From Klebsormidium nitens (Eukaryota > Plantae > Klebsormidiophyceae): a stretch of DNA of 64,000 bases. The notes beneath the pieces are model-generated. The model was not told the origin of the DNA. It made no database searches and saw only the letters and a list, made by a program, of their open reading frames with translations. The DNA lies in contig DF237310.1 of assembly GCA_000708835.1 (NCBI GenBank), positions 1-64,000 on the forward strand, read 5' to 3'. Below, piece after piece: positions 35,801 through 47,593 of the stretch (positions are counted from its first letter, which is position 1; each line of letters begins with the position of its first letter). Made by a program: the position numbers and the translations under genes.

Positions 35801-38800
35801 AGACCCTCAAAAGTCGCCTTTTGAGTCAGCCTCTCCCGTCAGAAGGAGGTTGAGCCTGCGAGCCTAGTCGTGAGCTGACTCTTGGATGGCTGCGTCACAC
35901 CCTGAGGTAAAGCATATCCATTATAATCAGCGTTATGGTCCGACGAAGGTCACGTCACTTCGCTATTGGATTAAAGGAGCATCTGGGATGAACCAGTGCC
36001 CGGTTGATTCGCATGACGGCGCAGAGACGAAAAGAGCCATGATTTGTAAAAGATAACTTTCGAAACCTGTCTTCAGCACTTCAGTGAGACTGGATTTGGT
36101 ACCATTACTCTCTGCAGGTGCAAGCGGTGCTCATCTATGCGGACGACAATTGCCGGGTCACTAAGCTGAAAGAGGACGCAGAGGTGCCGCTGTTGTCGAC
36201 TGTTGACGGCGTCGAGTACCCATCGACCGACGTGCCCGTGCGACTGATCCACGGACGGGCGACCTTCAAGCTTAAGATCTCACAAGTGGGTTATGTTTCT
36301 TCGTTCTTTCCTTTTGTTCGGAGACTTGAATCTTGCCGTGGAAGTCTCCACCTATCTGCTTCGAGATTGGAGGGTTCAAGTGCGCACCCTACGTAGCTGT
36401 CGTTTGGCGGCCAGGGGGGGAGTTTTCAGGGGCGTTTGAACCTTGGTTGAATTCATTTTCCGCCCGCCTTGCGGGTGGTTCTCAATCTCCTACAGATTGA
36501 ATCTATAAAATCATCGACACTTACTTTCCCTCTTTTACCCTTTCCGTGCTTCCGAGCCTGCTTCTCCTCAGCCGTCACTGGGCTCTTGGTCAGTCGATTC
36601 TCCACAGCTTCTTGTGAGAACGGGCATTCAATGTATTCACTTTCCACAGATCACCTCAGGCTGAACGTCCTCTTCTAGGACTTGACAACCCTCTGAGAAT
36701 CCGAGGACACCGTTCCATCCAGTCCGTGACTAGTGGCCGGCATAATTTTACCAACGGTCTTCTGATTTCCCCTTTGCCGCTCATCGCAGCTCTCGTCCAA
36801 ATGCGACAATTGCCTCTTTCGCGTCTGCTTCGAGCTACCTGGAAATGGGGCAATCAAACTCGTTCCGTAAGCTTCTCTCCATTTTCTCCAACCCATTCCT
36901 AAACCTTTTCCCTGAGCTTATTCTTCCCCTGAACGCAGCTCTCGTCCAAGTGCGACAACCGCCTCTTCCGCGTCTGCTTCGAGCCCGTCGGCCCCACCCC
37001 TTTCACCCCTAACCCATTCGCTAACCCTTCTAATTTTCCAACCGTATACTTAACCTTCTCCTGCCCTTCCCGCAGCTCTCGTCCAAGTGCGACAACCGCC
37101 TCTCCCGCGTCTGCTAAGCCCGTCAGTGTACCCCTTTCATCCCTAACCACTTCGCTGACTCAAACGGTTTTCTAACCGTTTGCTTTACTTTCTCCCTCGC
37201 AGCTCTCGTCCAAGTGCGACAACCGCCTCTTCCGCGTCTGCTTCGAGCCCGTCGGCCCCACTCCGCGCCACCCCTTCCTGCGCGCGCTCTCGCGCCCCAT
37301 CCGCTGTGTCTCGCGCGTGCGAGTGCCACGTCAGCTGCCGCACCGGTGGGGCCCCGAGTTTCTGTCAAAGCACGATTTGGCAATTTTGCCAGAGTCTCCG
37401 GGCGCGCGGAAGAAGCGGCGGCTGAACGGGGGCGCGTCACCCGCGGGCGCGTTTGACCTGGAGTTCTTTGGCAAGGAGGAGGGGCTCAGCTTTTTGGACG
37501 CGGAGATTCAAAAGTAAGTGATAAGCCTGCATTTACTAGAAAAGTTGTGAATGGTATCCTAAAAGGTACTATTTGACCTGAATTTTTTTATCAAGGAGGA
37601 GGGGCTCAGCTTCTTGGACGCGGAGATACGAAAGTGAGGGGAACAGCAGAGCGGAACGATGTTAACGTAATTGCGTAACTGGGACTAAACAACGGAGATT
37701 ACCAGCGGTCGCCGTCATCAATCCGATCAGTGCACACGTGGCTCGTTAGGTTGTGTTCGTACTCTTGTGAGAACAGTCGTGCCATTGTCTTGTCATATTG
37801 GAGGTTATTCCGATTCAGGAACCGCCAAGAGCAACATAAGCACAAAGAAACAGAAGTAAATCAAAAGAGGTTTGGTGATTCTTGTCGGAAGAGCTGGTTG
37901 TCTTCGAAGAAGTGGCTTCGCTGCTTAATGATTGGACCATCTGATGCACTACACGACAACGCCCATGGAAGGGGCTGTCCCACATTGCCACTGATCTCTT
38001 CCCGAATATCCCCGCGGCAACAGTCGAAGCACAACATCCGTTCGTGGTACCCTCGCTTCCACTATCTTTCGTAGGTCCGCTTCAATTCTGATAGTCTGTC
38101 CGCTCCCAACCGCCCGCCCTGGCTGGACTGCATTCTGACCCCCTGTCTGTTTTCGCTTTCTAGAAACGCCCTAGCGGCGGCATGCTCGTCCTCTGAGAGC
38201 GAGTGTTCTCTCTTGTTTGAGGTTTTCCGGAAGCTCCCACCCGCAAAGAACTCTGGGGAGCATAGTGCCACCTCAAATTGTTCTCCGCCTCCTCTCAGGT
38301 CCGCCCTAGCACTGATGGGGGGCCAGCCCCGAGAGCCCCCCCCAAGCGCGCAAAACGGCTCAGCCCCTGCTCAACGAGAGCCGATTCACACCGAGAACGG
38401 CGGCTTCCAGGACCAGGTGGTGTACAAATACTCGCTGGAGAGCATGGCCAGCCGGGGGGAGTTCCTGAAAGCGGCCGTGAAGAAGCGCAGCGAAGCGGAC
38501 CTGGCGCACTTTGCGGAGCGGGTCGCGCAGTGCACGGGGTGCCGGCACAACGGGTGAGGAGCGCGGTTATCGGTTGAAATTTGCGGTTTCAGGGTATTGC
38601 ATTTTTCGTTTGGTCTTGAGAATGGAGTTCTGGTTTCTTGGCTCTCGATGCAGGAGCCAGATGACCTTTAATGGCACGGGGTGACGGCAGAACGGGTGAG
38701 GGGCGTAGTTTTAGGGTTTAGCAGTCTGGGTTAGACGTATAGGTCATTTGCGGCACTAACAGTGGGGACTCAAGTTCAGGGTCTGATATGGTTGCAGAAG

Positions 38801-41800
38801 CCAGGAGATCTCGGACGGCGGAAGGTATCCATACAAAAGGTGGGAGGCGCGGGATGTAAGATGTGGAGTATCATAAAGGGCCTGAGACTTCAAGTTTCTG
38901 GTATGCATATAAAAGCCGGAAGATTCTCGACTGCCGCCTTCGTTTCCCGGCAGAGCCTAGCAGGTCGGGCCTACCTTTTGTCCGCCCCTGCTAGAAGCCA
39001 GTAAACGTCGACAAGCCTGTTTTTGTCTTTTGACATTTCCAAGCGGTTGCTGCAAGACGGCGTTGACCTTAAAAGCTCCTGCTCGACCAACCAAACCAAA
39101 CCGTATTTGACAGAACGGATGGAAGGAGAACAGGGACTCCCAGTGGACTCTCTAAGTAACCCCCTTTCAAAAAAGAACTCTGCGATCGACGGGGAACTTT
39201 GGTGATTTCACTCCACTTAGACCGTCGATCGTTAGAGGGTAATATTCAGGAGGGGTCTCTAATGTCGGCTCGGAAGTCCATGTTCTGCCTCTATCCGTCC
39301 TGACAGTTGACTTCTTCCAGGTACCAAATAGCCATCTCCAAGCGGTTGCTCCAAGACGGCGACGACCTGTGGGAGCGCGCGGAGGCTGCGCACTACCCCG
39401 TGGTCCTGGGGGAGCTGCTACGAGACGTCGAGCACGAGTTCCAGCGGCTGACCGGGGCCACGGAACGGGCCTTCTCCGAGAGAGTGAGCAATTTTTGGCC
39501 TTCTTTCTCCTTTCCTAGCAGTTTGTCTTCTTCGTAGCAGTGGGGTTGTCGCTTGTGCCTTCGTCTTGGTCTTCCTTTTGCTCCGATGGTTTCGTTGTAA
39601 GAGTCATCGACTGACCGAGGCGATGGACCGGACTTTCTCGGCGAGAGTGAGCTTTCAATGAGTCACTCTTGCCCTTTGTTCCTTGGTGCACATTCCGCTC
39701 TCCTTCATCGTGACTTCCAGCCGCTGACTGGGGCCACTGTCCGGGCAATTGAGTTAGCGTTCCTCTCTTTCATTCCTAGGCCGTTAATCATCGATGTGGC
39801 ATGTCCGTTCCCTCTTCTCGTTTGTCGCGCTTTTGTCAAAAGTGCACGGTTTCCTCTTCTGCAGCCGCTCTCTTCCGGAAATAGTCTCTGATTGTATTCT
39901 TTCATTGAGTCCATTCTTCTTATCCAAGCAGCCCAGACCGCATCTTTCTGGCCAGGCCATACCTTTCGAACGAATCCCAGACCTGGCACCCACTGCTTTC
40001 TCTGGAACAATCTCTGAATACTTTTACCTCCTTCAACCACCTCAACTCTTTTACCTCAGCACACCCGGATTGTTCTTCTGAGAGACCCAGACCTTTCTTT
40101 CCTAGCCAGTCCTAACCCTTTCTTGCAGGACCGCATCTTCTTGTGAAAATCGTCATCATGCGTGGCACCCTCTAGTGCAGTCGCACAGAAATAGTGTCCG
40201 CTCTTTTAAAGGAGTCTGAGCTTATCCCTCCTTTCTAACCAGCCCAAACCCTCTCATAACCAACCCAACCGTCTCCTGCCATTTCTTGAGCACGTCATCA
40301 TGCGGGGCACCCGCACTTTTGCGGGAAAATCGTGTGAAGCTCGTCTCTCACCAAGTCTGTACCTCCTATCGCACCAACCTCACCCCTCCCCTCTGGTCAG
40401 CCCAAACCCTCTTCCTACCCATCTTCAACCGTCCCTCGCAGGACCGCGCCTTTCTGAAACACGTCATCGTGTGTGCGGCACCAATCATCAAGCTGGTCTG
40501 CTCAAGAGATTGTGGAGCTTCTCTTTATCAACTTCAACCCTTTTATCTAAGCACACTAAAAAATCTGCTTGTCGACTTCTTTCCTCACCAGCCCTAACCC
40601 TCTCTTGCAGGACCGCGCCTTCCTGAAACACGTCATCGTGCGTGGCACCCACTACTGCAGCCGCACCGAGTTCGAGCGCCTCTGGCACTGGCTCTACCCG
40701 GTCGCGCTAACCCTCGCTAACCCCCAGTTACGAGAACTTTGGGAGAGCGGGGACCCGTGGATCGCTGGCTTTCTGACACGTGGCGAAGCGGAAGTCTTAT
40801 TAGCACCGCATCCCGAGGGTACCTTTCTGCTGCGGTTCGGACCGTCAAGGGTGTGGCCGCACCCAGACGCGGGAGCGCTCGTGGCTAGTGTGGTTGCGAC
40901 CGGGGGGGAAGTCGTGCATCGGTTGCTGACGATCGACACCGGGATGCTGTGAGTGCTCTTTTCGGTCGTGTTTCGTGTGAGAATTGTACTTGCATGTGCG
41001 CTGGTAGGGATTTTGGACGGATTAACAATAAGCGTCTGGTTCGCGGCTGGGTACACGTCGTGCAGTGGTTGCCGACGATCAATACGGCGATGCTGTGCGT
41101 GCTGTCCTCTGTGGCACTTCGTTATTACTGCTCCCGTGCACGCTGGTAGATTTTGGTCAGAAAAGCTTCCTGTGTCTGATTTGTAGCTGGCAACTGTAGC
41201 GTGCAATGGACACAGGGATGCCTTGAGTGCTGTCTTGTTTCATTCTCTGGTCAATCGTGCTCCTTCCGCGCCGGTGGATCAATTGCAAGTGTTTTTGGGC
41301 AAAACGTCCAATGGTTGCTACCACTAGACACTGGCATGCTTTGCGCCACCGTCTTTGCAAACAATTCGATCACGTTCAATGGCAGCCTCGCCTGCGGGAA
41401 GGGAACGCTCGGCTGCGGCCTAAGCTGTGTCCCAATTGCATCCTGCAGGTCCCCCGAGCTAGCGGACGAACGGCCGCCCCTGATGGTCGAACTCTTGGCT
41501 CAGCCGGAGCTCAGAATACTCTACCGGTAAGGGTCACTATCCCCGGCCATCTGCTCATCGTTCCTTAGTCTCTCTTCGTTCGTCTCTATTGGATGAGTTG
41601 CATACGGTAGTGGACTTGACCATACAGCGCGGCTGCTTCCGTTCCGGAGGCGTCAGGAAAGCTTAGATTCAAACGTAAATCGTGCGACAATCAACAGATC
41701 TGATCCGAAGAGGAAGAATTCGAGAAAACAAAAGCGCCCAAACAACTCTTCTCTCGGATCGAGGGTCAGAGTTCACGTATAAAATAACGCCTGCTCTCCA

Positions 41801-42143
41801 TGAGGCTCCCCAGGAAAGGGCTCCAGACGTATGCACAGCCGAGTTTCGGAATTGTTTGCCGGTTGCCGGTATGTGACCAGAGGACGAATCGGTTTGCTCG
41901 GATTCGATTTGCCCCTGTCCAAAGGGGGCGCTTTGTACGCGGCTTTTGTCGAAGGGTGACAAACGCATTGGTGTGCGGTTCGCTGTTGTTTGTCTGTTTG
42001 CAGTCCGGATTCTTATCGCCCCCAATGCATTATTAGTGTTAAATATCTCCCGTACACTATGCAGGCCAGAAGAGGTTCTTCGAATCGAAGGAGCCCCTGC
42101 TGAAGAGACTCAAGCCGAACATCCGCCCTCTGAAACGGTCTGA
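32804..42143 (+). CDS. Plant STAT-like SH2-domain protein (Arabidopsis SHA/SHB type), about 744 aa
   Basis: Exons 32804-33070, 33665-33850, 34439-34645, 35361-35465, 35682-35759, 36118-36285, 37203-37513, 38299-38553, 39321-39483, 40611-40948, 41449-41526 and 42065-42143, with consistent phases. The N-terminal LamG/ConA-like region has FNICFWIYL and PLEKWIHVGAEV. The middle has LKISQLSSKCDNRLFRVCF. The SH2 region has WIAGFLTRGEAE, GTFLLRF and SRVWPHPDAGALV...HRLL. The last exon is the least certain. Confidence 0.9.
36790..37202 (+). repeat. Three upstream copies of the acceptor end of SH2-gene exon 7
   Basis: cgcag|ctctcgtccaa(a/g)tgcgacaa occurs at 36790, 36939 and 37076, ahead of the functional copy at 37203. 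Confidence 0.9.
39108..39305. mobile_element. Fold-back dispersed repeat, copy 1 (intronic)
   Basis: The termini are TGACAGAACGGA...TCCGTCCTGACA with imperfect inverted arms. It is similar to 47594-47787, whose termini indicate the opposite orientation. Confidence 0.6.
39925..41350 (+). repeat. Echo copies flanking the SH2 exon 40611-40948
   Basis: Acceptor-side copies (gcaggaccgc...cgtcatc.tgcg.ggcacc) lie near 40125, 40285 and 40438. Donor-side copies (gttgc.gacgatc.a.ac.g.gatgct.tg) lie near 41055, 41205 and 41310. Confidence 0.8.
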
Positions 42144-43411
42144 TCAGAGAATCTTCCTAAATGTCGGAGGTTATGAGGCGAAAGTGTTCAACCCGAACGC
42201 CTTGTGTCTCGTGTTTTAGCAGCCTGCGCATTCACTGTACAGATTCCGAGACAAACTGAATAGAAAGGCTCAAACTTCATTTGTGCAGATCCTTGTCCAT
42301 AACGCCCTTGCATTGTGCCTCCTTGCATAATGCGAAACCTTGTGCCACTCTCACCCATCGCACAAGGGTATTGATAGCCTATCACTTGTCAACTCGTGGC
42401 GTGCATGACATAGGACGGTATAACCAGTCGGACATGCGAAGTTGCCTCACCAAGACTCATCCATGCGTAAGTTCGCCTGAGGCGGCAGTCGCTTTTACGA
42501 AATACATTACCTTACCAAAACACTAGATTTGATCGAGTGACCGTCTGTGCGGCCCGGGCCAGGCTGTACTGCGTCACATCATGACTCACATGTGTAGGCG
42601 TACTAGGTGCATCATTGATTGGTGTCATGCAAGGGATCGGGTGCAATGATTTGGCATATGCATAGTAATCATGTGCAATTCAATGACATTGAACACGATG
42701 GAATTTTCGTAGCTGGAGTTTTTGCGTGGGATTAGTTCACAAGGTTCTTAAACCTAAATGGTTGGAAACCTAATGATAAGCATGCGGATATGCGATTGGT
42801 TGAAAAGCGCCGGGAGCAAGCTTACGTGCAATATAAAGACAAGTGCATGTGTTTGCGACTTATTCTGCATTGAATGCGTCAAGAAAGGTGACGCCCACGG
42901 CAAAACACGAATTGCAGGCCGGTCCACAACGGTGCCGCGTCATGCGCAGCAGACCGTCTTGGGCGACTAATCTACCGTCGACCTGCAACTCAAGTGAGGG
43001 CTCCTTTCATGACTTGGCTCTGATTGTCGCCTTCATCATGGGGCATTCTAATTGTCGCCGATCATGCTTTTGATGCCAAGTACGTATACTGCAACAAGTA
43101 AGTAGACATAAGGTCTTGTATGTGAAAATTTGCACGGTTTTGTAATCTACCGATACAAAAAGGCGGAAGATAAATGGAGGATGACTCGATAGGTATTAGA
43201 ATGTCAATATACCCATCCCACGATACACGTCAAGCAAGTTTTCCGTTGATTTCATGCTTCGTTTGAACCAATTGTGGCGCACGTACCCACACTAGTGGCA
43301 AATTTTCATGTTCGATAACGAGCCCTTGTAATTTTGGTTCTCTTCACATTCTACTTATGTTGAAAGATTGACTCTTTGCAACGAAGCTGTCCGATTTGGC
43401 TGCAAGACTTC

Positions 43412-44821
43412 TTAAGGTCTCAGAATTCGGTCCGACTTGATTGCAATCGTTTTACTGGGAGAAACCCAGCAATCTCTTATCACAAACCAGCTCGAAGGAT
43501 AGTCTCGGGCAAGACCTGTGACCACCTTCAAAACGTCCTCTTTCCTCTCGTCCTTGAGCCAAATAGTGATATCCATCTGTTGAATGCTCTTACACGCGGC
43601 GACAATCAATTTAAGCTTCGAAAGAGCCTCCTGCTTCGTGCAGAAATTCCAATGATCCAACTCAACGTGAAGACGCTGAAGCTCTTGAAAGCATGGGCTG
43701 TCGCCCTGCTGAAAGATCTTGCCATCGCCAACTTTACTGATGAGAGACCAGGCTTCCGGATGGAGTCGCAAAAAGCGCACCTTTCCGCATACTTTGCTGA
43801 GTTTCTGCAGCGATGGGTAGCTCTTCTCATGCCAGTCTTGGATATCCAATGAGGTCACGTTCGGTGAGGCGGTCAGGATTTTGAACACGGCAGCCCAACT
43901 TCCTGTTCCTACGACGCTTAAATCTAACAGAGAGTCCATTGATTCGGCGCTGTCGAGAAGTATTTTATTGCGGAGGCAAAGCCATTCTAGTGACCTAGAG
44001 CGCAGGATGACCAACCGGCCAGTGCGCACGGTCAACTTCTTCAAAGTAGGAGCCTTGACAACTAGTCTGCTAGTGACGTAATAATCGACCCCCTTAATAC
44101 CGTCGCACCAACGTAGCTGCTCCAAAGTGCTGGATGCCACAACGTATTCGTCCAAGTTTCCGAGCTCAGAGGATGGGAGCTTCTTAAGTAGGCTGACAGT
44201 AAGATGCCTCAGCTTTGGCAAGGCTGACAGCGTACTGTGAAAAGTAGCCGGGGACGCCGTCAGGCGGAACATTCTTAGCTCAATAAGGGAGGAAAGGGGC
44301 TTCGTAAGGGTGAAGGCGGAGGAGAGACTCACAGATGCTTCACCCTTGTAGGAGTCTATTGATACCTTCTTGAGGTTTTTGCAACCCTGGAGCATGGCAC
44401 TTAGCTCGCTCCATCCAGCTGAAGCATTATCAATCCCACCAATGGAATCCCAAAGCAGGTACAGAGTCAGGGACTCCAAGGAATCTGCCGATGACAACAG
44501 GACTGGAGCGACAACCGCCAGATCAAGCGGTTTGTCGCGCATGTCTTCCAGCACGATCCTCTTCCATTGTGCATTTGGATTGCAAGAGATGAACCTGAGA
44601 AATCGTGTCGCGTCTTGGTCCTTCCCGATATTCCACAGAAGAACTCTCTCCTCTTTCAACATGCAAGAGAATAAGCTGCAGGTAGCCCGCAGCCGCCTTG
44701 CCCGCTCTACCGACCGTAAGTTGTCGGGCACGCCAAGAATCTTCTTCACAAGATCCAAAGGCAAGTGGTCGAAGGGATTGGCTGGGTCACTCGCCACAGA
44801 CGCTTCGTCTAGATTTTCCAT
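43412..44821 (-). CDS. Intronless F-box protein with an LRR-like C-terminus, about 469 aa
   Basis: One 1410-nt ORF from the ATG at 44821. The F-box-like segment is FDHLPLDLVKKIL...RLRATCSLF. It is followed by repeated LxxLxL segments (LESLTLY, LKKVSID, LIELRMF, LRHLTVS, LEQLRWC, LKKLTVR, VTSLDIQ, LQRLHVE). Confidence 0.75.
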   Translation of the reverse strand: MENLDEASVASDPANPFDHLPLDLVKKILGVPDNLRSVERARRLRATCSLFSCMLKEERVLLWNIGKDQDATRFLRFISCNPNAQWKRIVLEDMRDKPLDLAVVAPVLLSSADSLESLTLYLLWDSIGGIDNASAGWSELSAMLQGCKNLKKVSIDSYKGEASVSLSSAFTLTKPLSSLIELRMFRLTASPATFHSTLSALPKLRHLTVSLLKKLPSSELGNLDEYVVASSTLEQLRWCDGIKGVDYYVTSRLVVKAPTLKKLTVRTGRLVILRSRSLEWLCLRNKILLDSAESMDSLLDLSVVGTGSWAAVFKILTASPNVTSLDIQDWHEKSYPSLQKLSKVCGKVRFLRLHPEAWSLISKVGDGKIFQQGDSPCFQELQRLHVELDHWNFCTKQEALSKLKLIVAACKSIQQMDITIWLKDERKEDVLKVVTGLARDYPSSWFVIRDCWVSPSKTIAIKSDRILRP

Positions 44822-45481
44822 GTTCCAGGAAGTTTGTTTGTTGAACAAAGACAACCTTAGGGCACCATCTGGGACTTGAATGACTAGGAAGGCTACTCTA
44901 GCCTCAAACCAAGTCTATCCTCATGTTTCTAGTAACTGCGCGCTTTCAGAGAGAGAAGTATGGAGTTATCAGGCAGGATTGATTGCAGTGGTGCGCCTTC
45001 GAACAAAACCCTCGCGTACCAGAGCGCTAGCTCCCTAGCAAGCCTCTGAACCTCCTGCTGAGCTGGATAGAGTTGTACTGCGTGATTGAACTCCTGCGAA
45101 AGCGCGCAGCCTCCAGCGTCTCAGCGAAGACGGCGACTCTGTATCAGACCGTAGTGTCAATCAATCAGCTTCAGATTGTAACGTAATGCGACTGACACAT
45201 AGCCGCGTGGCATAGCTCAAAGGCTTTGACGCACTTTGACGATCGGCAAGGAAGAAGGCTGCACGACTGAACAAACTTGATATTACAGCGCGCGCGGACG
45301 CACGCGACGGTTTGCAGTGGCTTAGAAGGCACCTGCTTATAGCGCAAGATACAGTAACAAGGGCTTCGAGATTGTGCGTAGAGAAGTCCGTCTGCCTTTG
45401 CAGCCTGTGGTGGAGTTTTTTGGTAAGTACACCTCTGAATAATGCTTGGCAGTTGAGTGGTGTTCAGATTGCCAAAGAAGC

Positions 45482-46150
45482 ATGGAGAAGCTACCCGAGG
45501 CAGTGGAGTCCATGACGCTTGGCTCTTCCGGAGACATGTTCGATGAGGACGAGCCCGAACTCGAAGATTTAATGCCTTTCTACTTGTCTGCGGAACCTCT
45601 GCTAGGCAAAGATTTGCTTCCTTTCAAGAGACGAGCGGAGGAGAGAGGCATCACGACTCCGGCTGCCTTTCTGCAAGACAAGGGGTTCCGAAAGGCGCTT
45701 GTGAAATTGGTCAGAACAAAAGCAGGCATCGATGGGACAGGAAGCCCCGAGAACCTTGAGGGTACGCGATGGTATGGGGAGTTCTTTGCGGATATTGTGG
45801 AGCCTGCATGCGACATTGATAAAACACTGGCCAAGTCCCTTGGGTATGAATCCGAACCAGAAGAATCTGAGCCAATTGACATGACTTTGGTGCCGCTCCC
45901 AGGCAAGGCCTTCCTTCCACTGAAGAGGAAAGCAGAGGAAAGACGCATCACCACCCCTAAGGCTCTCCTGCAAGACGAGGAGTTCCAGAAGGAGCTGTCG
46001 AAACTGGTCAGAGTTATGGTCACCATTGATGCCAGCAGCGATTTGGAGAATGCAGAAGGAGGGGAGTGGTACAGGGATTTTGTTCCTGAAGTTTTGGAGC
46101 CAGCTTGCGAGATGGACAAATCTCTCGCGAAGAAGTTCAACTGTTTCTAA
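45482..46150 (+). CDS. Intronless protein made of two tandem ~85-aa repeats; possible CBP60 middle-domain-like fold
   Basis: One ORF (first ATG 45482). Repeat 1 is PLLGKDLLPFKRRAEERGITTPAAFLQD...WYGEFFADIVEPACDIDKTLAK. Repeat 2 is PLPGKAFLPLKRKAEERRITTPKALLQD...WYRDFVPEVLEPACEMDKSLAK. Many nucleotide differences leave the residues conserved, which indicates coding constraint. The family assignment is tentative. Confidence 0.75.
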   Translation: MEKLPEAVESMTLGSSGDMFDEDEPELEDLMPFYLSAEPLLGKDLLPFKRRAEERGITTPAAFLQDKGFRKALVKLVRTKAGIDGTGSPENLEGTRWYGEFFADIVEPACDIDKTLAKSLGYESEPEESEPIDMTLVPLPGKAFLPLKRKAEERRITTPKALLQDEEFQKELSKLVRVMVTIDASSDLENAEGGEWYRDFVPEVLEPACEMDKSLAKKFNCF

Positions 46151-47593
46151 AACGGTGCTAGCGGTGCCTCCGACCCCTTCAGGTAAGAATGAGTGAAAAA
46201 AGATTGATCGCCAACTTCTTACAGGAGTTGACCGGAGGGCTGCAGAGACTGCCATGGCTTGAGAGAGGTCAGAAAGAACCCGCTGACTTCTCGAGTTGTT
46301 CCTTAATGAAACTGATTGGCTTTTGTTTCATGTCGAACCAACCTGGAAAACTAATGATAAGAGCTGAGTGTGTCAAGTTGGTAAGAAACGAGTTCAGGTC
46401 TTCGTGGCACACCCGTTCAAGTTGACTCGTTTCCCGTCTGAAGACGAGGGATCGGAAACCTTCAATTTGCGATTGCTCAGGTTTGTAACTTGCTGGATGC
46501 TGTCTGTCCTTCGATGTCCTTGTCTGTTCTTCGATGTCCTTGCTGATGCATCTCGAGCTCAGAATAGACTTGAATGGCAATGCTTGAGATCTAAGCAGAT
46601 GAGAGAAACGGCCTGCGACTACATCGATCCGATGGCAGATTTAGGGTACTTGTCGCCATGTGGGATGTTTCTATTTCGAGAAAATCAGTCAGACGTTTTC
46701 TCTGCAAGAAGGCGTTTGGAGAAACGGCGGCAAAAGTCCCGGTGGAAGCAAATCTTGGCCAGTTCCCCTTCGTCAGACCCAATCCCATTCTCATGTCACC
46801 TCGCCTTCGCAACGAGCGCTTCTTCAGACCTTTCACGACTTGACGGGCATACTCTGAGGTGAATTTTCGACCGTTCGTGCAGGTTTTGCTCCCTTCGTGT
46901 CACGCAGGCCCGTTGCTGCAGAGGTCAGCGCTCTCTGGTCCAAGGCCCGGATCGCCTCTAGGTTTTGTCAGGTCCGAATTGGCAACGGCTGCTGTTGAGA
47001 TTAGGTTGCAGCGTCCGAAAGGTTCTTCTTACAGGTTAGAGGTCGAAAGGTCCTTCTCGCCCTTTGTATAGCCGTAGCCCGGAAGGGGTTGAACGGTGGT
47101 TTTGGATATAATTTTAAGGCTTGCTTGTAAATTGCTTCGCTGACCTGAAGCGTCTTCGGGTGTTACTTGGACTTCAAATCTGCGCCAATTGGATCCAGTT
47201 GCTTCCTTTTGCATCAGCTTCTCGATAGCTTTCTGCTATTTATCATGATCATAAGCAGTTGAATTGGCTCCTCATGCACTTCACGAAACTGAGCTACCTG
47301 CCCTGCAAAGCTTCAGAGCGCTAGGATCTGAATACTTAGACCCGGTTAGATCATCCTTTCCAGCAATTCCGTAACATATACCCGGGCGTACTACTCACAG
47401 AAGCGCTTACTCCACACATACCCTACTGCTGACTCATGGTCGTGCCTATCGCTTCAATTCAACGAAGTCTACCATAGAACGAAGCAGTGCAATCCTAGGC
47501 TTTCGTACATAAAAGTCCTCGTGAAATCCTCATCACACAGATTTACATGTACAAATGCAGCGACGATCACCTGCAGTCAGTTCATTGTATTCC

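Noticed and set aside
45580-46255. Minus-strand ORFs of 186 and 217 aa
   Set aside because: These are antisense shadows of the plus-strand repeat protein, whose two repeats show amino-acid conservation in the plus frame.
46269-47214. Chain of short minus-strand ORFs as a pseudogene
   Set aside because: No recognisable motif, interrupted by stops and a frameshift. It cannot be supported without a database search.
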